Assembly: GCA_965203315.1 (NCBI GenBank)
Contig: OZ241857.1
Location: forward strand, 1,152,001 to 1,216,000
Origin: Nitrosopumilus sp.
Lineage (GTDB): Archaea > Thermoproteota > Nitrososphaeria > Nitrososphaerales > Nitrosopumilaceae
DNA: 64,000 nt
Direction of reading: 5' to 3'
Shown here piece after piece: positions 51,826-61,403 of this stretch. The notes beneath the pieces were generated by a model. That model made no database searches and was not told the DNA's origin. It was given only the letters and a program-made list of their open reading frames with translations. Each line of letters begins with the position of its first letter. The first letter of the stretch is position 1. The position numbers were made by a program, and so were the translations under genes.

Positions 51826-53925
51826 TTGGGACTAGCAGATCTAAAGCTTGGAAGCGTGATTTTACCAAGGAGTGAGTCTCCAAAAGCCATATCCAGACTG
51901 ACCGAGTTTGAATGGTTTCAAAAGATCGATACAGATAGTGATCTGGTTACTCCAGAGATCGATGACCTCTTACTCGAAGCTCAAAAGACATATCAGAGTA
52001 TAGACGAGGTGGTAAAGGGTTTGGGTGTACCACCCACTGTTGGAATATTAGAGATACTCTTCAAAGGGACTATTATCAAAAAGAAGGACTACGAGATAGA
52101 CGAGATCGAGGCGATGGTTCAAGATCTTGTAAAGCGCTCACCATCGATAATAGACGAGCCTGCCAACCTACTAGAAGAGAGGACAAGGATACAGAGCTCA
52201 CTTGATGAATATCGATCGATAAAAGAGACGATAGAGATTGCCAAAAAACTACAGATTGATCTAACTGGGTTGGGTTTGATGCGATACTTTTATTCAAATC
52301 TATTTATCATAAATACAGCAGACTATGACGAGATCGTTAGATCACTTGAAGGGATAGATATATCAAAGTACGAGTTAGACAGCAAGGTAAAGTCGGCAGT
52401 TCTAGTCTTTGGTTCTGTTGATGATACAGATAAGATTCTAAAAGTTTTACGTAGTTTTAACGCAAATCCATTTGTAATTCCACAAGGAATACCTCAGGTA
52501 CCTTCTGAGGCGTATGTGATGATCGAGTCCAAGATCAAAGAACTTGCTGAAGAGAAGAAGAGCAATGCGAAAAAGATTGCAAGTATGTCAAAGAAGATCA
52601 GACGTGACATACTAGTATTACATGAAGAGGCCCAAGTTGCAAAGGATGTTCTAGAGACGCTACGAAAGCCTGGTGGTACCAGAAACTTTGCAGTGATCCA
52701 AGGATTTATTCCAAGCAAGATGGAGAAGCAGTTCTCCCAAGCTACAAAACTGTGGATGTCCATCACAGAAGAGATTACTGATCCGAAACTAAAGGACCAA
52801 GTCCCGACTCTGTTTGATAACAAAAAGTTTGTACGAACCTTTGAAGTGATCACCCAGAGTCAAGGAATTCCAAAGCGTGGTGAACCAGATCCGACTCCGA
52901 TGATTGCGTTGATGTGGCCCATATTTTATGGATTAATGTTTGCAGATCTGGGTCACGGTCTCTTGTTGATGGGAATGGGGTTACTCTTCAAAGTAAAGGG
53001 ACAAGGAACACTTGCAAGATGGGGAATGTTGATAGCAATATCTGGTGCAGCGTCGGCTATAGCTGGTGTAGGTGCCGGCGAGGCGTTTGGGCATCATATT
53101 GATCATCTTGCGCCGTTTGAGGGTCTGTTTAAACAAGGTGGTGCACTCTATTCGTTGAGTTGGATTGTAGGAATCTTGAGTGTCGCCGAGCTCTCATTTG
53201 ATCAGGTCATCAACATACTCAAGGTCTCGTTGTTTCTAGGAATCATACACCTTGTGTGGGCTATGATACTACGAGTACGACGACTAGCAAAAGAGGGACA
53301 CAAGATTGTATTATACATGGAGGCGATTCCAAACATTACACTCTATGGTGGAATTGTTGTAATCATGATGTGCGCCATAGGCTCACAGTATGATGTGATG
53401 AACATGTACTCTAGAGAGCATACTGAAGCTGTTCCATGGGTTACGATATTTCTTGGTGAATGGGCCCAGGTCTGGATAGTTACGAGGATTGCAGTGGTGG
53501 TAGTTATCGCATCTATGGCCATGATGATGATAGGTGGCATAATGCATGCAAAGCGACATCCTGAGGAGGGTGGCTCTGCTGCAAATGTCGTAATGGAGGT
53601 ATTTTTGGGAAAGACGGTGGAGAGTCTTGCGCATACCATAAGCTATGCTCGTTTGGGGATCATGTTACTTGTGCATGCTGCGTTATTGTTGACCGTAAAC
53701 AATGCTTTCGAGTCGTTGGGCGGAATCGAGTCTGCTGGGGCGTGGGCAATGATAATTGGTGGCAATCTGGGAATAATGATAATAGAGGGATTAATAGTGT
53801 ACATTCAATCTCTCAGACTTCACCTATACGAGTTTTTTACAAAATGGTATAGTGGTGGCGCTAATCCGTTTAGACAGATCAAACCAGAGATGCTGTACAA
53901 CGAGCTGGTCTGGAAACGTTCATAA
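51826..53925 (+). CDS. atpI: A-type ATP synthase subunit I/a
   Basis: EPDPT, FYGLMFADLGHG, SYARL, LRLHLYEFF. Confidence 0.95.
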   Translation: MGLADLKLGSVILPRSESPKAISRLTEFEWFQKIDTDSDLVTPEIDDLLLEAQKTYQSIDEVVKGLGVPPTVGILEILFKGTIIKKKDYEIDEIEAMVQDLVKRSPSIIDEPANLLEERTRIQSSLDEYRSIKETIEIAKKLQIDLTGLGLMRYFYSNLFIINTADYDEIVRSLEGIDISKYELDSKVKSAVLVFGSVDDTDKILKVLRSFNANPFVIPQGIPQVPSEAYVMIESKIKELAEEKKSNAKKIASMSKKIRRDILVLHEEAQVAKDVLETLRKPGGTRNFAVIQGFIPSKMEKQFSQATKLWMSITEEITDPKLKDQVPTLFDNKKFVRTFEVITQSQGIPKRGEPDPTPMIALMWPIFYGLMFADLGHGLLLMGMGLLFKVKGQGTLARWGMLIAISGAASAIAGVGAGEAFGHHIDHLAPFEGLFKQGGALYSLSWIVGILSVAELSFDQVINILKVSLFLGIIHLVWAMILRVRRLAKEGHKIVLYMEAIPNITLYGGIVVIMMCAIGSQYDVMNMYSREHTEAVPWVTIFLGEWAQVWIVTRIAVVVVIASMAMMMIGGIMHAKRHPEEGGSAANVVMEVFLGKTVESLAHTISYARLGIMLLVHAALLLTVNNAFESLGGIESAGAWAMIIGGNLGIMIIEGLIVYIQSLRLHLYEFFTKWYSGGANPFRQIKPEMLYNELVWKRS

Positions 53926-54091
53926 CCAGATATAGATTTAATCTGCATATGATTGATCAGTCTGTCTTTGTAGTTCTGGAAGCTCTTGTGTATTGGAAAG
54001 CAGATTCAGTCTATGACTTGGTATGGACTTTGGAAGCCAAGATGAGTGTGAAAACAGTAAAGCAATATTGTCAAGATGAGGTGTTAGTGAT

Positions 54092-54268
54092 ATGAGTATG
54101 TTTGATGGTTTACTTGGAAATAAGGATAAGTGTGTATGTGGAAATGAGTATGATTATATTATAATTTCTAAAAATTTTGGAGTGCCTATTTGTATCTGTG
54201 ATGATTGTTTATTGGAACTTATTTCAGTTAGGCTTAAGAGTAGAGAGGATAAGGATCGATATGACTAG
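54092..54268 (+). CDS. Small Cys-containing protein, 58 aa
   Basis: MSMFDGLLGNKDKCVCGNEY..ICICDDCLLEL; below the ORF-track cutoff. Confidence 0.55.
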   Translation: MSMFDGLLGNKDKCVCGNEYDYIIISKNFGVPICICDDCLLELISVRLKSREDKDRYD

Positions 54269-54381
54269 AGATATGGGATATATGATTCTGCTATCTGCAT
54301 TTGTGTCTATTCTAGTCTATGAATTACTTTACAGAAAGAATTGAGATGATGAGGAGTGGGATTCTAGTTTAGGTGTTTAGT

Positions 54382-54639
54382 ATGGGTTTTGAAGAAGATG
54401 TTCTACGAGAGCTTAGTTCTATTCAAAAGCGTCTTAGTCGTATTGAAAGTGAAATTAACGAAAAACATTGTGAATTTGAAAAACATTGTGAATTTCAACC
54501 AATTTTGAACGATTGTAAATTTCATGAATGGGATAGTTGTAAATTTGAAAAACATTGTGATTTTGAACGACAGGATTGTAAATTTGAGAGACAGGATTGT
54601 AGATATGAAAGACCTGATGGTTGTAGGTATAATGGATAG
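54382..54639 (+). CDS. Small protein with short coiled coil and tandem C-x-F/Y repeats
   Basis: EKHCEF EKHCEF..DCKF..SCKF EKHCDF ERQDCKF ERQDCRY..GCRY. Confidence 0.65.
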   Translation: MGFEEDVLRELSSIQKRLSRIESEINEKHCEFEKHCEFQPILNDCKFHEWDSCKFEKHCDFERQDCKFERQDCRYERPDGCRYNG

Positions 54640-54867
54640 TTGGTAAGATGGTATGCAGGTGTCATTTACTTAACAGATTATCAATGTTCTATTGAATCAT
54701 ATCTTACCAAGTCTCTCTATCTTTCTACCAAAATACGCTATGGTTCTAATCATGCCAGATATGGTATCATCAAGTTCAGTCAAGGGATCTGGCTTGGCTT
54801 TACGTTTAGGCATGATGGTTATAGTATCAATCTAGTATATATGGTGTTTGAGTATGGGCTTGATTTA

Positions 54868-55068
54868 ATGAGTGTGAAAAGTAAGATAGTTAGTGGGTTC
54901 ATTATTACAAGTTTTGTATTTCTAATCATGTGGATATTTTGGATGATATATGCTTTGGAAAACTATGAAGCTGATATGGGTTTTACTGTTATGAGTTTGA
55001 TTATTCCTATTGGAATAATGTGTTTGATTAGTATTGGATTTGTGATTTATAGAGTTGTCAAAAGATGA
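54868..55068 (+). CDS. Small 2-TM membrane protein
   Basis: MSVKSKIVSG start; two hydrophobic helices. The upstream extension in the ORF track is probably non-coding. Confidence 0.6.
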   Translation: MSVKSKIVSGFIITSFVFLIMWIFWMIYALENYEADMGFTVMSLIIPIGIMCLISIGFVIYRVVKR

Positions 55069-55259
55069 GTGCTATTGGTTGGGTTTTGTTGTTTGTTATA
55101 CCGTTTTTGTTTATTTATGTTTTGTATAATGCATTGGGTTCTGATAAGAAAGGTGGTTTCTACTGTTGGAATTGTGGTTTACAGTTTGATTGTATTGTAG
55201 ATGTTTGTTCTAGGTGTGGTTCTGTTAGAATAAAAAAGATAAAAAAGGGATTAAGGTGA
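55065..55259 (+). CDS. Small TM + zinc-ribbon protein
   Basis: N-terminal TM, CWNC..CSRC; ATGA overlap with the previous gene. Confidence 0.65.
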   Translation: MSAIGWVLLFVIPFLFIYVLYNALGSDKKGGFYCWNCGLQFDCIVDVCSRCGSVRIKKIKKGLR

Positions 55260-56039
55260 TTCTAACTCCTCAATTTTCTTTGTTGCGTTGTTAAGTTCTT
55301 GAGTAAGTTTCTCTATGGTTTGTTCATGTTCAGATATGGTTTGTAGTTGTTGAATAGAAGTTGTGTTCATGATTTGATACAGTCTTTGCAGTTCAGATAG
55401 TTCAGTCTTGGTTTGATTTAGTTCATTCGTGGTCCTTTTCTTGTCATCATTACAAGCTCCGTGTTTGTTCTTTAGTTCCTTGTTCTTTTCTTTGAGTTTC
55501 TGTATCTGTTCATCATTGGATTCTGTTGTTCTATCTGGTTGATTAGATGGTGTCAAGTTGAATGTTCTTGCTATCAGGTTTATGATTCGTTCATCAGTAT
55601 TTTCATGATGGACTATGATTCTCTTGGTTATTGAACTCCATTCTCCATCAACAATACAGTTTTTAGGTAAAAATTTGAATTCATGACTTCCTATATCTTT
55701 TGCAATGAGTAGGATATATCCATCTGGTTCTAGATATTTTTTATTAGCATTATACTCATCGGCGGTTTTAGTTTTAATGTTATCTCTGTTTAAAACTCTA
55801 TAATCAGTTTGAATAATCTCACTAGTAGAGATAGTGTTGCCTTCTTGTATATACAATGGTTCATTACTAGTGTTGATGAGTTTTAGAGAGTCATGTAGAG
55901 CTATCTCTATATCACTATTATCACAATTCTCAAATATCTCATTTAAACTGTATTCGTGTATCATTGCTTCAACATCATCAACTAGACCTATAACTCCAAT
56001 AAGAGATACTGCAGTTAGGACTATTGGCACTATGTTCAT
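55251..56039 (-). CDS. Secreted protein with coiled-coil tail, related to 41144-43504
   Basis: Signal AVSLIGVIGLVDDVEA vs AVSIMGVIGLVDNVYA; tail KLTQELNNATKKIEELESP vs KLTQELSEAKKKIEELESP. Confidence 0.8.
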   Translation of the reverse strand: MNIVPIVLTAVSLIGVIGLVDDVEAMIHEYSLNEIFENCDNSDIEIALHDSLKLINTSNEPLYIQEGNTISTSEIIQTDYRVLNRDNIKTKTADEYNANKKYLEPDGYILLIAKDIGSHEFKFLPKNCIVDGEWSSITKRIIVHHENTDERIINLIARTFNLTPSNQPDRTTESNDEQIQKLKEKNKELKNKHGACNDDKKRTTNELNQTKTELSELQRLYQIMNTTSIQQLQTISEHEQTIEKLTQELNNATKKIEELESP

Positions 56040-56079
56040 TGATTATACCCAGATTGGATAGTAAATAAGCCTTGTTTTT

Positions 56080-56560
56080 TGGTATTTGGTACCAAGTTGG
56101 TACTATAACTAGTACTAAACTGGTACCAAGATTCTAGGCATTGTAAAGCAGTTCTGGTACCAAGTTGGTACCATTGAGCTCATGTTTGTGAGCTCAATGT
56201 CTAAATCGTGCCTAAAAACATGAGCTCAAAGTTGAGCTCAATGTGAGCTCATAAACATGAGCTCAATGACTGTTGAGCTAAAATGTTGAGCTAAAAGCCT
56301 GGATTCGTGCCTAATCTGTTGAGCTAAGATTGAGCTAAATGTTGAGCTAACTGCAGATTATCGATATGGATATCATTATGGATATCTATATGGATATCAC
56401 AAAGTAGGCATGAAAAACCATGATATCCAAATATGGATATCAGTATGATATCCAAGTTTACCCATTGGGTATAATCTATACCCAAGATCTACCCAAATTA
56501 TACCCAAAAATCTAGGCATGGTTTACCCAAATTATACCCAAGTTTTACCCAATGGGTAAA
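56080..56560. repeat. Array of five ~80-105 bp units, each a TAGGCA core embedded in unit-specific repeated 8-mers
   Basis: Motifs TGGTACCA, TGAGCTCA, TTAGCTCA, GGATATCA, TATACCCA; cores at 56135(+), 56209(-), 56308(-), 56405(+), 56513(+). Confidence 0.9.
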
Positions 56561-56875
56561 TTAGATTATAGGAATACTCTAACCCAGTCCTTCTTGCCTT
56601 GCCTAAAGAGATATTAGATGAGATTTCCTATTAGGTATGGTTGATACCTTGTGTGGAAACTTGGTATTGACTGCAAGAAGGACTGGTTATGGGGGCAACC
56701 TCATAATCTACTTGATTCTGGTGTTTTGTGTAAAAGATTGTGATATGGTAGATTCTAGGCACGAAATTGGTTGGAAAGGCTTGATTTGGTTTATATGTAG
56801 AAAGTTCCTAAATAGCCTTGTCTAATTTTCTAAAAAATTATGTTGCTATTGTATATCATAGTTTGAATTGGTACA

Positions 56876-57640
56876 TCATCTCTCTACAGGTAGCTCTAGT
56901 CTATTTCCCCACTCGCCCCAAGAACCGAGATATACTCGTACGTTCTCAAATCCAAGATACTTTAACGTAAGAAAAGAGTTTGCGGCACGATATGCTCCTT
57001 GGCAGTATGTTACAATATCTGCGTCCTGTGATATATTATACAGTTTAGACAAAGAACTTGTATCCAAGAGAGTTCCGTCTTGTGTAAGATTGAGATTCCA
57101 GTCTATGTTGATCGAGTTTGGTATATGACCTCCTCGAGCTGCGCGAATTATACTGCCTGTATATTCTGCGCGTGATCTCGCGTCGATTATAATCAGATTG
57201 GGATCGTCTCGGATCTCTTCAAAACCGATAATCAGTTTAGGGTTGGTCTGTCCTTCAAATTTGGATGGACGGTATGGGTTGCCGGTCTGTTCTATGGGCA
57301 GATGAGCCCTTTGCCATGCTTGGATTCCACCATTGAGCATTGCAGTATTTTCATTTGACATGTACATCGCCATCCAAACTCCACGAGCAGCAAGCATTCC
57401 AGATGTATTATCATAAAAGACGGTCTTCCTGTGATCAGCCATGCCAACAAAAGAGAAGAGAGTTCTTGTCTGCTGATCAAAGTTTGTAATTCCATTACTA
57501 GTTGTGTCAAACCAATGAAACGCAAATAGATCTAGATGTATTGCGCCAGGTATATGACCGCTAGCATACTCTTTAAACGATCTTGTATCGACTATTAGAG
57601 GATCGTCGAGTCTCTGAAGCTCATCTACAGATATTAGCAT
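56876..57640 (-). CDS. Tandem-rhodanese sulfurtransferase
   Basis: GHIPGA, DARS..EY, YCQGAYRA, YLGSWGEW. Confidence 0.92.
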   Translation of the reverse strand: MLISVDELQRLDDPLIVDTRSFKEYASGHIPGAIHLDLFAFHWFDTTSNGITNFDQQTRTLFSFVGMADHRKTVFYDNTSGMLAARGVWMAMYMSNENTAMLNGGIQAWQRAHLPIEQTGNPYRPSKFEGQTNPKLIIGFEEIRDDPNLIIIDARSRAEYTGSIIRAARGGHIPNSINIDWNLNLTQDGTLLDTSSLSKLYNISQDADIVTYCQGAYRAANSFLTLKYLGFENVRVYLGSWGEWGNRLELPVER

Positions 57641-57708
57641 GAGACTATTGAGTCGATCGAGCCTAAATTTATTTGGTTTCTGATAATAAAAAGAGAAAAG
57701 AAGTTTTT

Positions 57709-59274
57709 CTATTCGTTGACGTATGCTCTCTCGCCGTGTTGTGCCAGATCCAGACCAATCTCCTCTTCTTTAGGAGTTACTCTGATTCCGCCTGGCCATA
57801 CTGCATCCATTACCTTGAGGATCACTATTGTTACACCAAAGGCGTATGCAATAGAGACTGCAGCACCGAGGATACTGATTGCTTGCTGCTCATATCCTTG
57901 TGGTGTTCCGGTCCATGCTCCCCAACCATCACCTGTATCCCAGATGTGTGGACTAGCTAATGTTCCAGTCAAGATTGCTCCTGTAAGACCACCCATTCCA
58001 TGTATTCCCCATACATCGAGAGCGTCATCCCACTTTCGTGCATTCTTGAAGGCTACCGAACCATAACAGATAGTACCTGCTGCAATTCCGATGATTATAG
58101 ATGCCATTGGTCCAACCCAACCAGATGCTGGCGTGATTGCGACTAGGCCTGCTACTGCACCAGATGCTGCACCTACGATACTTGGTTTGCCGGTATGTGC
58201 CCAAGACATTAGAACCCAGGTAATAACTGCCATGCCGGTTGCCACGTTTGTAACAATCCATGCACTTACAGCAATACCGTCTACTTGTACTTCACTTCCT
58301 GCATTGAAACCGAACCAACCGAACCAGAGTATGGCTGCTCCAAGAACAACCATTGGAACGTTGTGTGGCTCCATTGGAACTTTACCAAATCCTAGTCTTC
58401 GACCAAGGATTAGAGCTCCTGCCAACGCAGAGAATCCTGAACTGATGTGGACTACAGTACCACCCGCAAAGTCTAGTGCGAACGAGGCTTCTTCGATATC
58501 TGGATTGATATCTAATCCACCTCCACCGATGAATCCGCCTCCCCACACCCAGTGGGCAATTGGGTCATACACGAATGTACCCCATAGGAGGACAAAGATT
58601 ATCAATGCACTGAACTTGATTCTGTCAATCAGACCACCGATAATTAGCACTGGAGTAATTATCGCAAATGTGCCTTGAAATGCTGCGAATAACGAATGTG
58701 GAATTGTACTAGGCCAACTATCGCCACAAGCTTCTTCAGACTTGAACTGTTGCATTTGGTACGCGTTTGCCCAAATGTCACCATCACAAGCTGTTGGAGC
58801 TCCTAGTGGTGCATAGTTTGATACCATGTTGAACCCAGCATAGTCTAGGCTACCCATGAATGCGTTGGCGTCTGGATTTTCGTTTGGTGCAAATGCAAGA
58901 GAGTATCCCCATAGCACCCATTGAACTGCCATCAGACCCATCACAATTAGAGTCATACCTAGAACGTTTGTAACGTTCTTGGAACGTGCCAGTCCACCAT
59001 AGAAGAATCCAACACCAGGACTCATGAATAGAACCAATGACGTTGCAGTTAGCATCCATGCAGTGTCACCTGTATCGATGTAACATGCAGTAAAGGATCC
59101 ATCACCATTATCAACCCAACACTCGTTTGGATTGCCGGTGTAAATTCCATGTTCGTTGTATCCGTCCATACCATCAGTAACTTGTTGTGCAAATGCCTGA
59201 GACATTGCACCAGTTGCTGTAATGGCTACAGCGGTCACAAGTAATAGAGCATACTTGTGGTTCCTAGAATTCAT
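57709..59274 (-). CDS. amt: Ammonium transporter with N-terminal extension
   Basis: DTAWML, DFAGGTVVH, WFGWFGFNAGS, DDALDVWGIHG; start MNSRNHK at 59274. Confidence 0.96.
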   Translation of the reverse strand: MNSRNHKYALLLVTAVAITATGAMSQAFAQQVTDGMDGYNEHGIYTGNPNECWVDNGDGSFTACYIDTGDTAWMLTATSLVLFMSPGVGFFYGGLARSKNVTNVLGMTLIVMGLMAVQWVLWGYSLAFAPNENPDANAFMGSLDYAGFNMVSNYAPLGAPTACDGDIWANAYQMQQFKSEEACGDSWPSTIPHSLFAAFQGTFAIITPVLIIGGLIDRIKFSALIIFVLLWGTFVYDPIAHWVWGGGFIGGGGLDINPDIEEASFALDFAGGTVVHISSGFSALAGALILGRRLGFGKVPMEPHNVPMVVLGAAILWFGWFGFNAGSEVQVDGIAVSAWIVTNVATGMAVITWVLMSWAHTGKPSIVGAASGAVAGLVAITPASGWVGPMASIIIGIAAGTICYGSVAFKNARKWDDALDVWGIHGMGGLTGAILTGTLASPHIWDTGDGWGAWTGTPQGYEQQAISILGAAVSIAYAFGVTIVILKVMDAVWPGGIRVTPKEEEIGLDLAQHGERAYVNE

Positions 59275-59401
59275 TAGACTTATCGAGAGATGGAATGTAT
59301 TTAAGGTTTGAATAGTATATAATAATACAAAAAATAAGTAATTTTCTTTCATTCGCTTCAGATAGTATCATATATTAAGAAAATTATGATACATATCATA
59401 C

Positions 59402-60064
59402 ATGGGAACATCAGGCATAAAACTGGCCATATTTGATAGATTCAAGAATGGAAATCTCACTACGGAGGCAAAGAGACGACGATCAATAATCATGGTTCTA
59501 GCGTCTAGTACCAACCCAACCGATCGAACTAGAATTGGCATATCCCAAGTTATTGCAAAACAACAAAAGCTAGTATGGAAGAACATCTATTCTGGAATAT
59601 TCAACGATATAGAAGAGATACTGATTCCTAGTGGACTAGTTGAGGAGAGTGGACGGCTACCATCAAAGCGGGGACCAAAGATTATGCAAGAGGTAGGAGT
59701 TCCCTTTTACCACCTTACAAAGAAAGGATTACTTGTTGTACTCGCAATAAATGATGACAGAAAGGTGTTTAGTCAATTTCTTGCATTGTTGGAATTGAAG
59801 GAGAGAGAGTTTGAGCCAACTCTTACTGCATTGAACAGGATCAGTCCAAAGTTGACTCGTACCATATTTACAAAGTATGTAAGGAGTTATTGTGATCAAG
59901 AGACCAAAGAGTTACTACCTTTTGATCTGACAAAATTGAGAGGAATCGAAGACGAGATGTTAGACATGCAGAGAGAGATGTTAGAGGCCTTTGTAAAACT
60001 CAGTAGTAAAGACAAACAAGGTGTATTGAAACTCTTTAACACGATAAGCGGTAATGTTGACTAG
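59402..60064 (+). CDS. Hypothetical protein with wHTH-like N-terminus, divergent from amt
   Basis: GLVEESG..YHLTKKG wing motif. Confidence 0.6.
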   Translation: MGTSGIKLAIFDRFKNGNLTTEAKRRRSIIMVLASSTNPTDRTRIGISQVIAKQQKLVWKNIYSGIFNDIEEILIPSGLVEESGRLPSKRGPKIMQEVGVPFYHLTKKGLLVVLAINDDRKVFSQFLALLELKEREFEPTLTALNRISPKLTRTIFTKYVRSYCDQETKELLPFDLTKLRGIEDEMLDMQREMLEAFVKLSSKDKQGVLKLFNTISGNVD

Positions 60065-60371
60065 ATGTAGGTTCACAAATGATATCTTGATCATGAGCAC
60101 TTGGATTTGAATATCTCTAATCTTTTCGTGATAGAGGTATATCTCGCTATATTGTGTTTAGTGCCTCAGATACTAAACCGAGACGATCCGATACAGAACA
60201 AGACTCTATTCTAAAGACAAGATGTTTAGTTCCCATTAGACACAATCTAACATTTTGGACACTTGCCAAGGAGTCAAGAGATACTAGTGTCTCGAATCCG
60301 AATTACCAGAGTGATGAATAGGTGATATTTCACCAAACATTAAAATCAGTTACTCGGTAGAGAACACCAAG

Positions 60372-61403
60372 ATGGGTAAGAATATCTATGCTTCAGTAAA
60401 GTCGTACAGTCGTAGAGGACAACTACTCAAAAAGTCTGACTATCAAACTCTGGCCGAATCACGTGATCTTGACGAGTTGATGACTAGGATAAAGAATACG
60501 ATATACGATGATGCCATATCTGACGTACAGAAACCATACACATCACAGAGGATCGAGGCAGCACTACGTGGTCACCTAGCAACCATGCATTACTCTATTG
60601 CAAAGACTACAGAAGACTCGAAGATTCTTGATGCATATTTCATAAAGTTTATCATTACAAATCTAAAGCAGGTTCTCAAGGGAAAGGTTCTAAACAAACC
60701 GCAAGAAGAGATCGAATCTCACATCAATCTGAGAGCAGAAGAGTTACTCAAACAACGAGATATTATTGTAAAGGCTCTAGTTGCCAAGGATCTCGAAGAG
60801 GCAGTAGCTAGTCTCAGTACATCTCTGTTTGGTGACGAGATAGCAAAGGCAGTAACATTGTACAATGAACGAAAGAATATTCAGATCTTTGACACATACT
60901 TTGACAAGATACTGTATCAACAGCTTGGTCGTTCATTAAACAGTACTAGAGACATGGATGTCGTCAAGTTGGTTGGAATGGACATAGACTTTTACAATCT
61001 ACAGAGCATCATTCGTGGTAAATTTTGGGGGTTGGATGAAGCACAGATCGAGGATCTTATAGTTGCACAGACGCCAACTATCACAAAGGATGTACTTGGA
61101 AAGATTATATCTACAGCATCTGTAAGAGATGCCTTTACAGAGATATCAAATACTAGATACAAGAGTCTCGTTCCTGAAGTAACTAACGAGTTGGATGCAG
61201 TGACCGAGTTTGAGCGAGCATTTGAGATGCAGTTGTATCACGCTGCAGCGCGCTCCTTTACAAAGATGTTCAGTTTTGCGACCATAGTAGGTATCACAAA
61301 ACTGACTACATTTGAGGTCAGAAATATGGGAACGATATCATATGCAGTGGAACAAAAGATTCCAATAGAGACTTGCATGTCAAAGTTGATCATTGAGGAG
61401 TAA
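60372..61403 (+). CDS. atpC: A-type ATP synthase subunit C
   Basis: NLKQVLKGK, IDFYNLQSIIRGK, EVRNM..I patterns of the vATP-synt AC39 family. Confidence 0.88.
   Translation: MGKNIYASVKSYSRRGQLLKKSDYQTLAESRDLDELMTRIKNTIYDDAISDVQKPYTSQRIEAALRGHLATMHYSIAKTTEDSKILDAYFIKFIITNLKQVLKGKVLNKPQEEIESHINLRAEELLKQRDIIVKALVAKDLEEAVASLSTSLFGDEIAKAVTLYNERKNIQIFDTYFDKILYQQLGRSLNSTRDMDVVKLVGMDIDFYNLQSIIRGKFWGLDEAQIEDLIVAQTPTITKDVLGKIISTASVRDAFTEISNTRYKSLVPEVTNELDAVTEFERAFEMQLYHAAARSFTKMFSFATIVGITKLTTFEVRNMGTISYAVEQKIPIETCMSKLIIEE

Noticed and set aside
54640-54867. N-terminal part of the 142-aa ORF
   Set aside because: Overlaps inverted repeats and core motifs; a better ATG at 54868 yields a compact 2-TM protein.
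56080-56460. Synthetic polylinker (KpnI, SacI, EcoRV, PstI sites)
   Set aside because: Sites are multiply repeated and degenerate, include non-palindromic motifs and share a natural-looking architecture; no vector sequence nearby.
56080-56560. CRISPR array
   Set aside because: No constant 25-45 bp repeat with unique spacers; the constant part is only 6-8 bp and the variable part is itself repetitive; no cas1/cas2.
56080-56830. Classical integron attC sites (TAGGC resembles GTTAGGC)
   Set aside because: None of the cores has the invariant GTT, there is no paired RYYYAAC box, the core is internal rather than terminal, and no integrase is in the window.
21926-58678. Long antisense ORFs (e.g. 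21926-22408, 31764-32423, 58091-58678)
   Set aside because: Each lies entirely opposite a well-supported gene and has no recognisable motifs.
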